A DNA stretch of 64,000 nt from Candidatus Doudnabacteria bacterium RIFCSPHIGHO2_02_FULL_42_25. GTDB taxonomy: Bacteria; Patescibacteriota; Doudnabacteria; UBA920; O2-02-FULL-48-8. This document shows, in pieces, positions 48,646-56,216 of the stretch. The stretch's first letter is position 1; each line of letters starts with the position of its first letter. The notes under the pieces are model-generated. The model did no database searches. It saw only the letters and a list, made by a program, of their open reading frames with translations, and was not told the DNA's origin. The DNA is taken from the NCBI GenBank assembly GCA_001777665.1, contig MFEQ01000005.1, forward strand, positions 13,673 to 77,672, written 5' to 3'. The translations under genes were made by a program, and so were the position numbers.

Positions 48646-49078
48646 GAACCACCAACTTACGTATCTGTGCAGCGACTTGACTTGGAAGACCCTCGAGGTA
48701 CTTATCCCGTAGATCATAGAAAAGGTAGACTGCTGGGTCGCGACGTTGGTAACGAAGACGCATCCTTGGATTCGACTTTACGGCTACATAGTAGGGCTCG
48801 GAGAATTGTGCTTCCTTCATGCCTTTGACCCAATAAACATGAAGGCGACGATTTTTGGCTTTGTCAGTTGCGTTAACCGCAACCTTCTCCTTTTCCTCGC
48901 TTTCTTCTCCGATGGAGATGGTGTAGACTCGATCGGGTAATTGCAGCCGATACTCAGTTTGCCATCCCGCCTGACGCGACTCTGGATCAATGGGCCTTGC
49001 GACCCATCTTTCTGCGCTTTGAACGTGCGCTGGGATGACGCTGAATAGCAAGATCACCGATAACAACCCGTTCCGCAT
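48623..49078 (-). CDS. Secreted hypothetical protein, GC-rich, translationally coupled to mnmA (AGGAGGAG RBS)
   Basis: Signal peptide MRNGLLSVILLFSVIPAHVQSAE. The start is 12 nt after the mnmA stop. Confidence 0.4.
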   Translation of the reverse strand: MRNGLLSVILLFSVIPAHVQSAERWVARPIDPESRQAGWQTEYRLQLPDRVYTISIGEESEEKEKVAVNATDKAKNRRLHVYWVKGMKEAQFSEPYYVAVKSNPRMRLRYQRRDPAVYLFYDLRDKYLEGLPSQVAAQIRKLVVHRGRYLS

Positions 49079-49090
49079 GTACTCCTCCTG

Positions 49091-50218
49091 TCAAACGATT
49101 CTATCAATAATTCCACCGCCTAGCAACTCCTCCCCACTATAAACAACAGCTGCCTGTCCAGCAGTAATCGCCCTCTGCGGTTCATCAAATGTTATTTCTA
49201 GAATGTTCTTTGTTACGTGTTCCTTGATACGTGCTTCGTAGTCTGGATGATGATATCGAATCGATACTCCGGTTCGGAGTGGTAGCACAGGCTTTTCTCC
49301 TACCCAAGTCACATCGGTTATAGTGAATTCTTTTTTCCAAAGTTCTTGATCTTCCTTGTTATTGGTCACGATTAGCTTGTTGGCTTTTAAATCTTTATTG
49401 ACGACGTAGTAGGGTCCCTGACCTCCTAAACGCATTCCTTCTCTTTGACCGATAGTGTAATATGGCAACCCATCGTGACTTCCTAAAACCTGCCCAGACG
49501 TTGTGACGATTTCACCTACTTGAGCTTTGATATGAGCTTTCAGAAATTCAGTTACATTAATTTTGCCGATAAAACAAATGCCCTGCGAATCTTTTTTCGC
49601 AGCATTTGGTAGTTTAAATTTCTTGGCCAGTTCTCGCACTTCAGATTTCTTGAGATATCCGATAGGGAATAAAATTTTAGCCAATTGTTCTTGTTTCAAT
49701 GTATATAAAAAGTAGCTTTGATCCTTCGACGGATCAACGCCTTTGAGTAATCGGTATGTTACGTGTTTCGTGTTACGTGTTTCGTGAACCCGCGCATAAT
49801 GCCCTGTCGCTACAAAATCGGCGCCTAAATTTAGGGCTCGATTCATGAACACTTTAAATTTAATTTCTGTGTTGCACATCACATCCGGATTTGGGGTTCT
49901 GCCTGCGGCATATTCTTTCAAAAAGTATTCGACAACTTTGCTGTAGTATTCTTTTTCGAAATCCCAAACATAAAATGGGATGTCGAGAAGATTGGCGACT
50001 TTCCGAGCGTCTTCAGAATCTTGCGCCCAAGTACAGCCATAATCGCCCGTCCGCCACGGCTTCGCCGAAGGCGTGCCGGGCGGGCCGAAGTCCTCACTCC
50101 AGTTTTTCATAAAAACCCCAATCACATCAAAGCCTTGCTTTTTCAGCAAAGCAGCAGTGACGGATGAGTCTACTCCCCCACTCATCCCGACAATTACGGT
50201 TTTTTTCTTGCGATTCAT
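49091..50218 (-). CDS. mnmA: tRNA-specific 2-thiouridylase MnmA
   Basis: PP-loop VIVGMSGGVDSSV, catalytic cysteines, C-terminal GEELLGGGII. The track ORF extends 74 codons further upstream through a GC-rich leader. The true start is the ATG at 50218 (MNRKKKTVIVGMSGG). Confidence 0.85.
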   Translation of the reverse strand: MNRKKKTVIVGMSGGVDSSVTAALLKKQGFDVIGVFMKNWSEDFGPPGTPSAKPWRTGDYGCTWAQDSEDARKVANLLDIPFYVWDFEKEYYSKVVEYFLKEYAAGRTPNPDVMCNTEIKFKVFMNRALNLGADFVATGHYARVHETRNTKHVTYRLLKGVDPSKDQSYFLYTLKQEQLAKILFPIGYLKKSEVRELAKKFKLPNAAKKDSQGICFIGKINVTEFLKAHIKAQVGEIVTTSGQVLGSHDGLPYYTIGQREGMRLGGQGPYYVVNKDLKANKLIVTNNKEDQELWKKEFTITDVTWVGEKPVLPLRTGVSIRYHHPDYEARIKEHVTKNILEITFDEPQRAITAGQAAVVYSGEELLGGGIIDRIV

Positions 50219-50322
50219 GGCTAAAAGTATAGCAAAATCGTGAAGCTTTGTCATCCTCCAGCGCCTAACCATTTCGACCAAAAGGAGAAATCGCTCCTTC
50301 GAGAATTGGTCCTCAGAAGAGC

Positions 50323-50400
50323 GATCTCCCCGCCTGCCACGCCGGCATGGCGGGCAGGTCGCTAATCGCTCGAGATGGTATCTAGGGGAGGAACAACTGC
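50323..50400. repeat. GC-rich structured element in the mnmA leader (copy C of the GGGGAGG-hairpin repeat family)
   Basis: GATCTCCCC...CTAGGGGAG outer pairing, inner palindrome CCTGCCACGCCGGCATGGCGGGCAGG, and the 17-mer AGGGGAGGAACAACTGC shared with copy B. Confidence 0.4.
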
Positions 50401-50404
50401 GAAT

Positions 50405-50438
50405 GCAAAAAGAAAAGGGAAAGAGGCAGGTCTTTCCC
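50405..50438 (-). terminator. Terminator of the GYD-like gene (GGGAAAG-N8-CTTTCCC with T-run on the minus strand)
   Basis: 7-bp stem directly downstream of the stop at 50441. A plus-strand A-run precedes it. Confidence 0.45.
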
Positions 50439-50440
50439 AA

Positions 50441-50722
50441 TTAGGACAGCAAGTTGCGTTCGCGGATGCAGCGGAGAACCACTGCTTGATAGAGCTCGTC
50501 TTCCAGAGGCTTCCACGGTGCAGAGAGTTCCCCTTTGTCGTTGAAGGTTCTGTAGGGAACAAGCTGGCCGTAGACGAAGAGCGCCGTCTGGTCTTCCACG
50601 AAATCGTACCCTGGTACTCCGCCGATCACCATGAAGCCGCTCCCGAACACTAGACCGCGAGCTTCTCGAAAGGCTTCCACAGAGCTCACGATCGCGCGAA
50701 AATTCTCGGTCTCGACAAACAT
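50441..50722 (-). CDS. Small GC-rich protein, possibly GYD-family (stress-associated alpha/beta)
   Basis: GGAGGAG RBS. GVPGYDFVEDQTALFVYG resembles the GYD motif. About 55% GC. Confidence 0.35.
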   Translation of the reverse strand: MFVETENFRAIVSSVEAFREARGLVFGSGFMVIGGVPGYDFVEDQTALFVYGQLVPYRTFNDKGELSAPWKPLEDELYQAVVLRCIRERNLLS

Positions 50723-50743
50723 GACTCCTCCTTCCAGAATCCA

Positions 50744-51493
50744 CTACAACTTACGCCATAGAGATTCGAAGATCTGTCTTTGCGTTACATAGATGTCGGG
50801 ATTTTCGATAATGACACCAAACGGAATGCCCGTATGGTCCAATCCGACGTGTGCCACTTTGTCTTTATATATAAATTCGTGGGTGATGGATGATGAATTC
50901 TCGTCTTTTGTCAGCCATTTGCGTTGATCCAACCCCACTGTCTCGCCACCTTGGCCCATGGAAATTGTTTTGACTTTAATATCCTTTTCTTTTCGTTTGT
51001 CGTTAAAAAGTGGAAAGTCAGAGTAGATCGCCTCACGTTCTTTGGCTGTGGCAGATGAGTAGACATAGTATTCTTTTATTTTTTGCTCCTTCATAGTATT
51101 CAAAATGTCTTCAAGAATTTTTTTCACTCCTTTTGAGCCTTCATAGACTCGAATTGAAGGTTTCCCTCCTTGCTGAACAAACATTGTCTTTAATTCAGGC
51201 AATTTTTGTGTAATCCCAACCTTCAATCGTTGCAGCTTCATCTGCTTGTCTTCCACAGCTTCTATTAATCGCTCCGGCGGTTCAGCCGCGAAATGATGTT
51301 TCCCTTTGCGGTAAAAAGAAGCCAAACCCAGATTGACTAAGTTTTTGAGAAGGTCATAGGCAGTACCTCGATTGATACTCGCTTTTCTAGCCACAGCTCT
51401 AGCTGGTGCAGGCCCCAATTCTAGAAGCGACAAGTATACTGCGCTTTCTTTATCAGAAAGTCCAAATTCAGTTAATATAGCTTTTAATTCCAT
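50744..51493 (-). CDS. TrmB-family transcriptional regulator (wHTH)
   Basis: N-terminal HTH LGLSDKESAVYLSLLELGPAPARAVARKASINRGTAYDLLKNLVNLGLA. Confidence 0.6.
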   Translation of the reverse strand: MELKAILTEFGLSDKESAVYLSLLELGPAPARAVARKASINRGTAYDLLKNLVNLGLASFYRKGKHHFAAEPPERLIEAVEDKQMKLQRLKVGITQKLPELKTMFVQQGGKPSIRVYEGSKGVKKILEDILNTMKEQKIKEYYVYSSATAKEREAIYSDFPLFNDKRKEKDIKVKTISMGQGGETVGLDQRKWLTKDENSSSITHEFIYKDKVAHVGLDHTGIPFGVIIENPDIYVTQRQIFESLWRKL

Positions 51494-51560
51494 AGTTATA
51501 ATCTTAAAGATTGGGTCAATAATGTCAAAGCATTCACGACAATTCGTTTCAAAGCGCTAA

Positions 51561-51590
51561 AATAAGCCAACTTTTTGTTGGCTTATTTTC
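51561..51590. terminator. Bidirectional hairpin terminator (AAGCCAAC-TTTTT-GTTGGCTT) downstream of the ATPase gene
   Basis: 8-bp perfect stem flanked by A and T runs. Confidence 0.5.
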
Positions 51591-51613
51591 TACACTTTCT
51601 TAGTTATCAACAG

Positions 51614-53383
51614 TTAAAATTGAATTTTATCTCCTGGTTTCAGCGTCCCATGTTGCTCTGGTTGGGTTTGCGGCGCTGGTGCTGGAGGTGCAGGTTGCTT
51701 TGGTGGAGATGGTGCCACTACAACCGGCTTTCGGGGAGCTTCTTGAGGTTTTGCAGGTTGGATTGAATGCTCTATAGATTTTCCCAGATCATCCAAACGA
51801 TCCTGCAACTTTTCTTTTGTTAGCTTATTCACAGTTTCCCAAACAGGATTTTCTTTCTTTGGTTTATCCGATGCACGTCTTTGAAAGTTAGTTTCAGGTC
51901 TTCGTCTTCGTTCTTCCGGTCGTCTTTCTGCAACAGGGGGTGCAATTCGATCAGTTCGAGGAGCGGCAGGAGCTGATTCACGAATTTGCTGTGGGGTGCC
52001 AGTTATCTTTCGTTCTTGATATCGAAAATTTTCTTGCATATCTTCTTGTTCCATAGCTCCGCTCTCCACAGCCGCCGCTTCAGCATGAAATTCAGCACCC
52101 ATCCATCGATTAATCTTTTCTTCGACTATTGATCGTTCAACTGCATATCGCTCCCTTGAAACTTTTATTACTTTATCCCTGTTCTCGGTTGCTTCAGAGA
52201 TTGGAGCCAGGGTCGTGGCTGAAAACGGAGTGGATGATACACCGTTGATCATCAGCTTCAGATAAATATGAAATTTAGTTAGGTTGACCAAATCATTTAA
52301 CAAATACGTCGGGTCAAATTCTTTTTCTAGAAACTCTGCATCGTCAGCACCAACTCGAAAACAAATTAAGGTTCCGACGTTACCAAAAATCGCATCACGA
52401 ACTACAGTGTTTCGGTCTTGGACCAATTGGCCGATATATTGGTGCGCGACGATCAAATTCAGCCGATACTTTCTAGCTTCGGAAAGAATATTCGCAAATG
52501 ATTCAGTGGCAAAATTCTGGAACTCATCGACATAAAGATAAAAATCTTTTCGTTGCTCTTCGGGAATATCGACGCGGCTCATGGCAGCTAACTGCAATTT
52601 CGTAATAATCATAGCACCCAAAAGAGCTGAGTTGTCCTCACCGATTCTTCCTTTGGAAAGGTTGATAAGGAAGATTTTTTGGTTATCCATAATATCTCGG
52701 AGATCGATGGAACTTTTCGTTTGTCCGACAATATTGCGGATAATAGCAGACGACAAAAATTGACCAACTTTGTTCTGGATTGGAGCTATCGCTTCGTTTC
52801 GAAACTTGTCATTGTAGTTGGCAAATTCATCAACCCAGAATGATTTGACCACCGGATCTTTAATGTTATCAACTATCCTTTTCCGATAATTTTTATTGAC
52901 CAACATCCGCGCAATACCAAGCAAGGTATTTCCCGGAGAATCCAGCAAAGCCAAAATGGTATTGTTGAGGATATATTCCATACGAGCGCTCCAGACTCCA
53001 GCCCAAATTTTCGTAAATACACCCATAAGTCCGGATGCGACTAAGTGCTTGTATTTTGGATCTACTGATTCCAAAGGATTGAAAGCAATGGGAAAATCGC
53101 TATCCGCAGGGTTGAGATAGACCACATCGTTGACGCGATTGGATGGAATGTAATCCAAAACCTTTTCCACGGAATCTCCGTGAGGGTCAACAAAAGCAAC
53201 ACCTTTTCCAGCTAAAATATCTTGAATAACCATGTTTTCGATCAGTGTGGTTTTGCCCATACCTGTTTTCCCGATGATGTACATGTGTCGTCTGCGGTCA
53301 TCCTGACGAATACCAAAAGCAACTTCCTTATTCCGGAAATTTGTTTTGGCAAACAGTGTTATATCGTTGTCATTGTCTGGCAT
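51614..53383 (-). CDS. P-loop NTPase of the VirD4/TraG/VirB4/HerA (AAA_10 / TraG-D_C) class with a Pro/Arg/Glu-rich disordered C-terminal tail
   Basis: RHMYIIGKTGMGKTT Walker A followed by GKGVAFVDPHGD. Walker B YLYVDEFQNF. RKYRLNLIVAHQYIGQL (TraG-D_C-like). The last roughly 170 aa are low-complexity and P/R/E/K-rich. No TM segment. Confidence 0.55.
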   Translation of the reverse strand: MPDNDNDITLFAKTNFRNKEVAFGIRQDDRRRHMYIIGKTGMGKTTLIENMVIQDILAGKGVAFVDPHGDSVEKVLDYIPSNRVNDVVYLNPADSDFPIAFNPLESVDPKYKHLVASGLMGVFTKIWAGVWSARMEYILNNTILALLDSPGNTLLGIARMLVNKNYRKRIVDNIKDPVVKSFWVDEFANYNDKFRNEAIAPIQNKVGQFLSSAIIRNIVGQTKSSIDLRDIMDNQKIFLINLSKGRIGEDNSALLGAMIITKLQLAAMSRVDIPEEQRKDFYLYVDEFQNFATESFANILSEARKYRLNLIVAHQYIGQLVQDRNTVVRDAIFGNVGTLICFRVGADDAEFLEKEFDPTYLLNDLVNLTKFHIYLKLMINGVSSTPFSATTLAPISEATENRDKVIKVSRERYAVERSIVEEKINRWMGAEFHAEAAAVESGAMEQEDMQENFRYQERKITGTPQQIRESAPAAPRTDRIAPPVAERRPEERRRRPETNFQRRASDKPKKENPVWETVNKLTKEKLQDRLDDLGKSIEHSIQPAKPQEAPRKPVVVAPSPPKQPAPPAPAPQTQPEQHGTLKPGDKIQF

Positions 53384-53387
53384 TCGT

Positions 53388-54704
53388 TTATAGGTTCCCT
53401 ATTGGTAAATCCATTGGAGGTGCGGATTTCACTGTATGGACTTTTTCTAATTGTGAAAGTCTGGTATGGGGTGTTTGTGGGAAATGAAAAATTGTTGCCA
53501 ATTCTTCAGAATTGAGGATTGTTTCTCCACTACCCCGCCAATTACTTCGAGGAATAAAGTTGTGAAGAAAATGCCGTTTCCGTTTTAATATATGCCATTC
53601 CAAATAAGGCCTTTCCAAGCGTTCAGAAATTTTATACGCCTTATCTGTCCAAGTATGCCCAATGTCGGGCTTTAATCCGTTCAAATTAACATCATCAAAA
53701 TTCCGAACAGCGCCAACAAATTCTGGGACCCTCAAGCTTTTATTAAATTTACCTTTTGGCGCCAGATACAGCCCTCTCACTTTTGCATTGTAACCTACTT
53801 TTGAAAGACCGTGTTGGATCGATGTAATGATAGACTTTTCAATATCAGTGCGGTGAAGCATTAAACTCGGATCTTCTTTTTTAGGTTCTTGTTTTCTCGC
53901 CTTCGGGTCAGGAGGATTTAAAAATGCATCCATAACATCGCCTAGAAATTTCAAAGGGGCAATCAATATTGTCATCCACAGTGACTCATCATGTTTAGCC
54001 GGAACTCCTTTTAGTTCATCAACCAAATGTGCCGCATGTTCTTTCCAGTCATCATTGACTGGCTTTATGACTATCTGCCAAACCATCAACTCATGAGGCT
54101 GTAAACTACTCATGGCTTCAATTAAATTCGAAATAGGGTCGACAAATGTTTCTTGAGCCGAATGCTCAAAAGAAGTATCTTGATAGTATGTCCGGATTGG
54201 GTATGCATTTTCTTTTTTCTTGTTCCACTGTGTTCCCCAAAACTCAAAGTCTGCAGTTTCTGGATCATAGTGGTGTGGTAAGTTCTTCAAATAATCTTCA
54301 ACTTCAAAAATTTCTGCTTTAGGGTATTGAGCAAACACCGCGCTTTCAAAAAGATTTCGATATCGTTCTGGAAGTTTGAAAATGTATGAGACCTTCCCCC
54401 CCAAACTCACAATCTCGCATGACAAATACAAAACTGTTTTGCCATTTAAGTCTTCTCCCCATGTAAAATTCTGGTGGATCGCATGAAGAGCAGTAAAAAC
54501 TTGTTCCATGGCAAGGGGTGATTTTTCATTAAGTTCATCCACTTTAACTTCTAAAAAAATCTGTTTAACAGAATCCATGTATGCCGTCCGATTGTTATCC
54601 CGTTTTAACCACCAAAACATCCAAATCAAAGCACCCAAATAAATGGTCCAGCCAAACCAGCGGACCATGATTAACTCTATTAGTTCAAAGATTTCACTCC
54701 ACAT
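53388..54704 (-). CDS. Membrane-anchored hypothetical protein (single N-terminal TM plus a roughly 400-aa domain), partner of the ATPase
   Basis: TM WFGWTIYLGALIWMFWWL. No recognisable catalytic motif. Separated from the ATPase by 4 nt and overlaps the upstream gene by 11 nt. Confidence 0.45.
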   Translation of the reverse strand: MWSEIFELIELIMVRWFGWTIYLGALIWMFWWLKRDNNRTAYMDSVKQIFLEVKVDELNEKSPLAMEQVFTALHAIHQNFTWGEDLNGKTVLYLSCEIVSLGGKVSYIFKLPERYRNLFESAVFAQYPKAEIFEVEDYLKNLPHHYDPETADFEFWGTQWNKKKENAYPIRTYYQDTSFEHSAQETFVDPISNLIEAMSSLQPHELMVWQIVIKPVNDDWKEHAAHLVDELKGVPAKHDESLWMTILIAPLKFLGDVMDAFLNPPDPKARKQEPKKEDPSLMLHRTDIEKSIITSIQHGLSKVGYNAKVRGLYLAPKGKFNKSLRVPEFVGAVRNFDDVNLNGLKPDIGHTWTDKAYKISERLERPYLEWHILKRKRHFLHNFIPRSNWRGSGETILNSEELATIFHFPQTPHTRLSQLEKVHTVKSAPPMDLPIGNL

Positions 54705-55806
54705 TGTTTGCTAAAGCGTATTTATCCTTTCCAACTTTTTGGAAATTTTTACGGTTACTTAGTCCGACTAAAATTGTGTTTCTTTTGACTTGACGTCTTT
54801 TCATCACTTCGTTGATAATTTCATCCCTTGTTAGCGGACGATTGAACGATATCAATATTTCCTTAATCACATCCGCCACTACTCCCCGCTTGTACCCCCA
54901 TTCAGTCAGGGCGTAAATCCCCCGACCAATCAAAACAAACCGGCTATCTTTAATCAGCTCATTGTGCACAGTTTCTTGGTATGCGGTTCGGTTATCAAAT
55001 TTATTATCATTAATGAGTTTCGTAATTTCCGAATAATGTTCGGGTTTGCCATGATGTTTCAAAACCAAATAAGCTTTATCACCGACATCACGAGGCCTGA
55101 CTTCATTCCAATTTTTGAGTCCGATTTCATTGTACGGATTGATCTGGATCGACTTCGCGACACTTAAATAACTCTTCAACACCCGGTCAGTTAGCTCCAT
55201 TTGGTGTTGTTTATAAAAATCTGTTTCTTTGAATTGCTGATACAGCTCATCCTGGCTGATGACATGACCTGTTGTCGTTAAAATCTTTTCAAACTCGGCC
55301 AATACCTGTTCCAGTTTTGATAAATCAAATCCAGCAATGTGCCAAGCTTCCAAATATTCGGAACTGTCGCCCAAATTTTTGAATTGAGAACTCAAACTCA
55401 ACAGAAACTTGATCGATTGACGTTCTTTAAAATCCGTCTTCCCGACCTGTAATATCTGCATCAAATATTCTTCGCTGACGATATTCCCATGCTCCTTTAC
55501 AGTATCAAAAATCAGTTGGACCGCTGTGTCTAATTCTGGAATATTTTGTTTCTTTAGAAAATTGAGCGAATCTTTTTCGATCTGCCTGACTCTTTCTCTG
55601 GTCAAGCTGTGTTTTTTCCCGATTCCTTCCAAAGTTTCCATTTCTGATCCGGCCAAACCAAATCTTTTGGCAACTATCTCCCGATCCCGTTCTTTGAGTA
55701 AAGCCAGGAGATTATTTACCAACGTGGTTGGTTGGAATTCATTCAGACTATTTTGAGTCTGTGACCCCATGATTTTATCCAAAATATTCGAATTTGTTTC
55801 CATCAT
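54694..55806 (-). CDS. Sigma-70 region-4 HTH protein with C-terminal winged-helix (HARE-HTH-like) domain(s)
   Basis: LLALLKERDREIVAKRFGLAGSEMETLEGIGKKHSLTRERVRQIEKDSL is a textbook sigma region 4.2. The C-terminal KAYLVLKHHGKPEHYSEITKLINDNKF...RFVLIGRGIYALTEWGY fits the HARE-HTH pattern. Confidence 0.5.
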   Translation of the reverse strand: MMETNSNILDKIMGSQTQNSLNEFQPTTLVNNLLALLKERDREIVAKRFGLAGSEMETLEGIGKKHSLTRERVRQIEKDSLNFLKKQNIPELDTAVQLIFDTVKEHGNIVSEEYLMQILQVGKTDFKERQSIKFLLSLSSQFKNLGDSSEYLEAWHIAGFDLSKLEQVLAEFEKILTTTGHVISQDELYQQFKETDFYKQHQMELTDRVLKSYLSVAKSIQINPYNEIGLKNWNEVRPRDVGDKAYLVLKHHGKPEHYSEITKLINDNKFDNRTAYQETVHNELIKDSRFVLIGRGIYALTEWGYKRGVVADVIKEILISFNRPLTRDEIINEVMKRRQVKRNTILVGLSNRKNFQKVGKDKYALANNVE

Positions 55807-55832
55807 GCGGATACTTCAAAATTTATGCCTAA

Positions 55833-55861
55833 AGTATAGCACAAATTCCGGATTCTGTCAA
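55833..55861 (-). promoter_or_regulatory. Promoter of the three-gene module (minus strand: TTGACA -17 nt- TATACT)
   Basis: Reverse complement of 55833-55861 reads TTGACAgaatccggaatttgtgcTATACT, about 25 nt upstream of the ATG. Confidence 0.4.
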
Positions 55862-55864
55862 GAG

Positions 55865-55893
55865 TTGCAAATTCAAGTGGTTTGTAGCATACT
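55865..55893 (+). promoter_or_regulatory. Divergent promoter (TTGCAA -17 nt- CATACT) for the small zinc-ribbon gene; probable leaderless transcript
   Basis: The -10 ends 6 nt before the ATG at 55900. No RBS. Confidence 0.3.
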
Positions 55894-55899
55894 TTATCC

Positions 55900-56184
55900 A
55901 TGAACAAAAACCCCGAGGCAGGACAACATTTTCGTCCGAAAGACGAGCGGGAACGTGTTGGTGAGGAGGAGTGCTCGCGTTGCGGCAACGCTAAAAGCTT
56001 GCGCAGCTGTCAGGTCTGTCGCAGCGAAATGATGCGACTCGACGCCAAAACCCACACAAGCCGTAACCGAGAGCTCTCTGACGAACCCACGTCCTCACCC
56101 GAGGACTCGACTACACCTCCAATCAAAGGTTGGGGGCAACAACGACTGGACGAAACCAAGCGAAGGCTTGGAATCGGAACCTAA
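55900..56184 (+). CDS. Small zinc-ribbon protein (CxxC...CxxC), GC-rich (about 54% GC)
   Basis: CSRCGNAKSLRSCQVC. Has its own promoter and terminator. Confidence 0.4.
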   Translation: MNKNPEAGQHFRPKDERERVGEEECSRCGNAKSLRSCQVCRSEMMRLDAKTHTSRNRELSDEPTSSPEDSTTPPIKGWGQQRLDETKRRLGIGT

Positions 56185-56185
56185 A

Positions 56186-56216
56186 ACCGCCCGGTTTCCC
56201 GAGCGGTCTTTTTTTA
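56186..56216. terminator. Rho-independent terminator (ACCGCCCGG-TTTC-CCGAGCGGT + T7) between the zinc-ribbon gene and secF
   Basis: Imperfect 8-bp stem followed by TTTTTTT. Confidence 0.5.

Noticed and set aside
49091-50440. 449-aa extended mnmA ORF from the track
   Set aside because: The extra 74 N-terminal codons are Cys/Arg-rich translation of a GC-rich structured leader. The conserved PP-loop N-terminus starts at 50218.
50382-50744. 120-aa Arg-rich minus-strand ORF and the 92-aa plus-strand ORF 50375..50653
   Set aside because: They are alternative frames of the GC-rich 50441..50722 gene, which has a strong RBS and a terminator. The Arg-rich translation is typical of an out-of-frame GC-rich reading.
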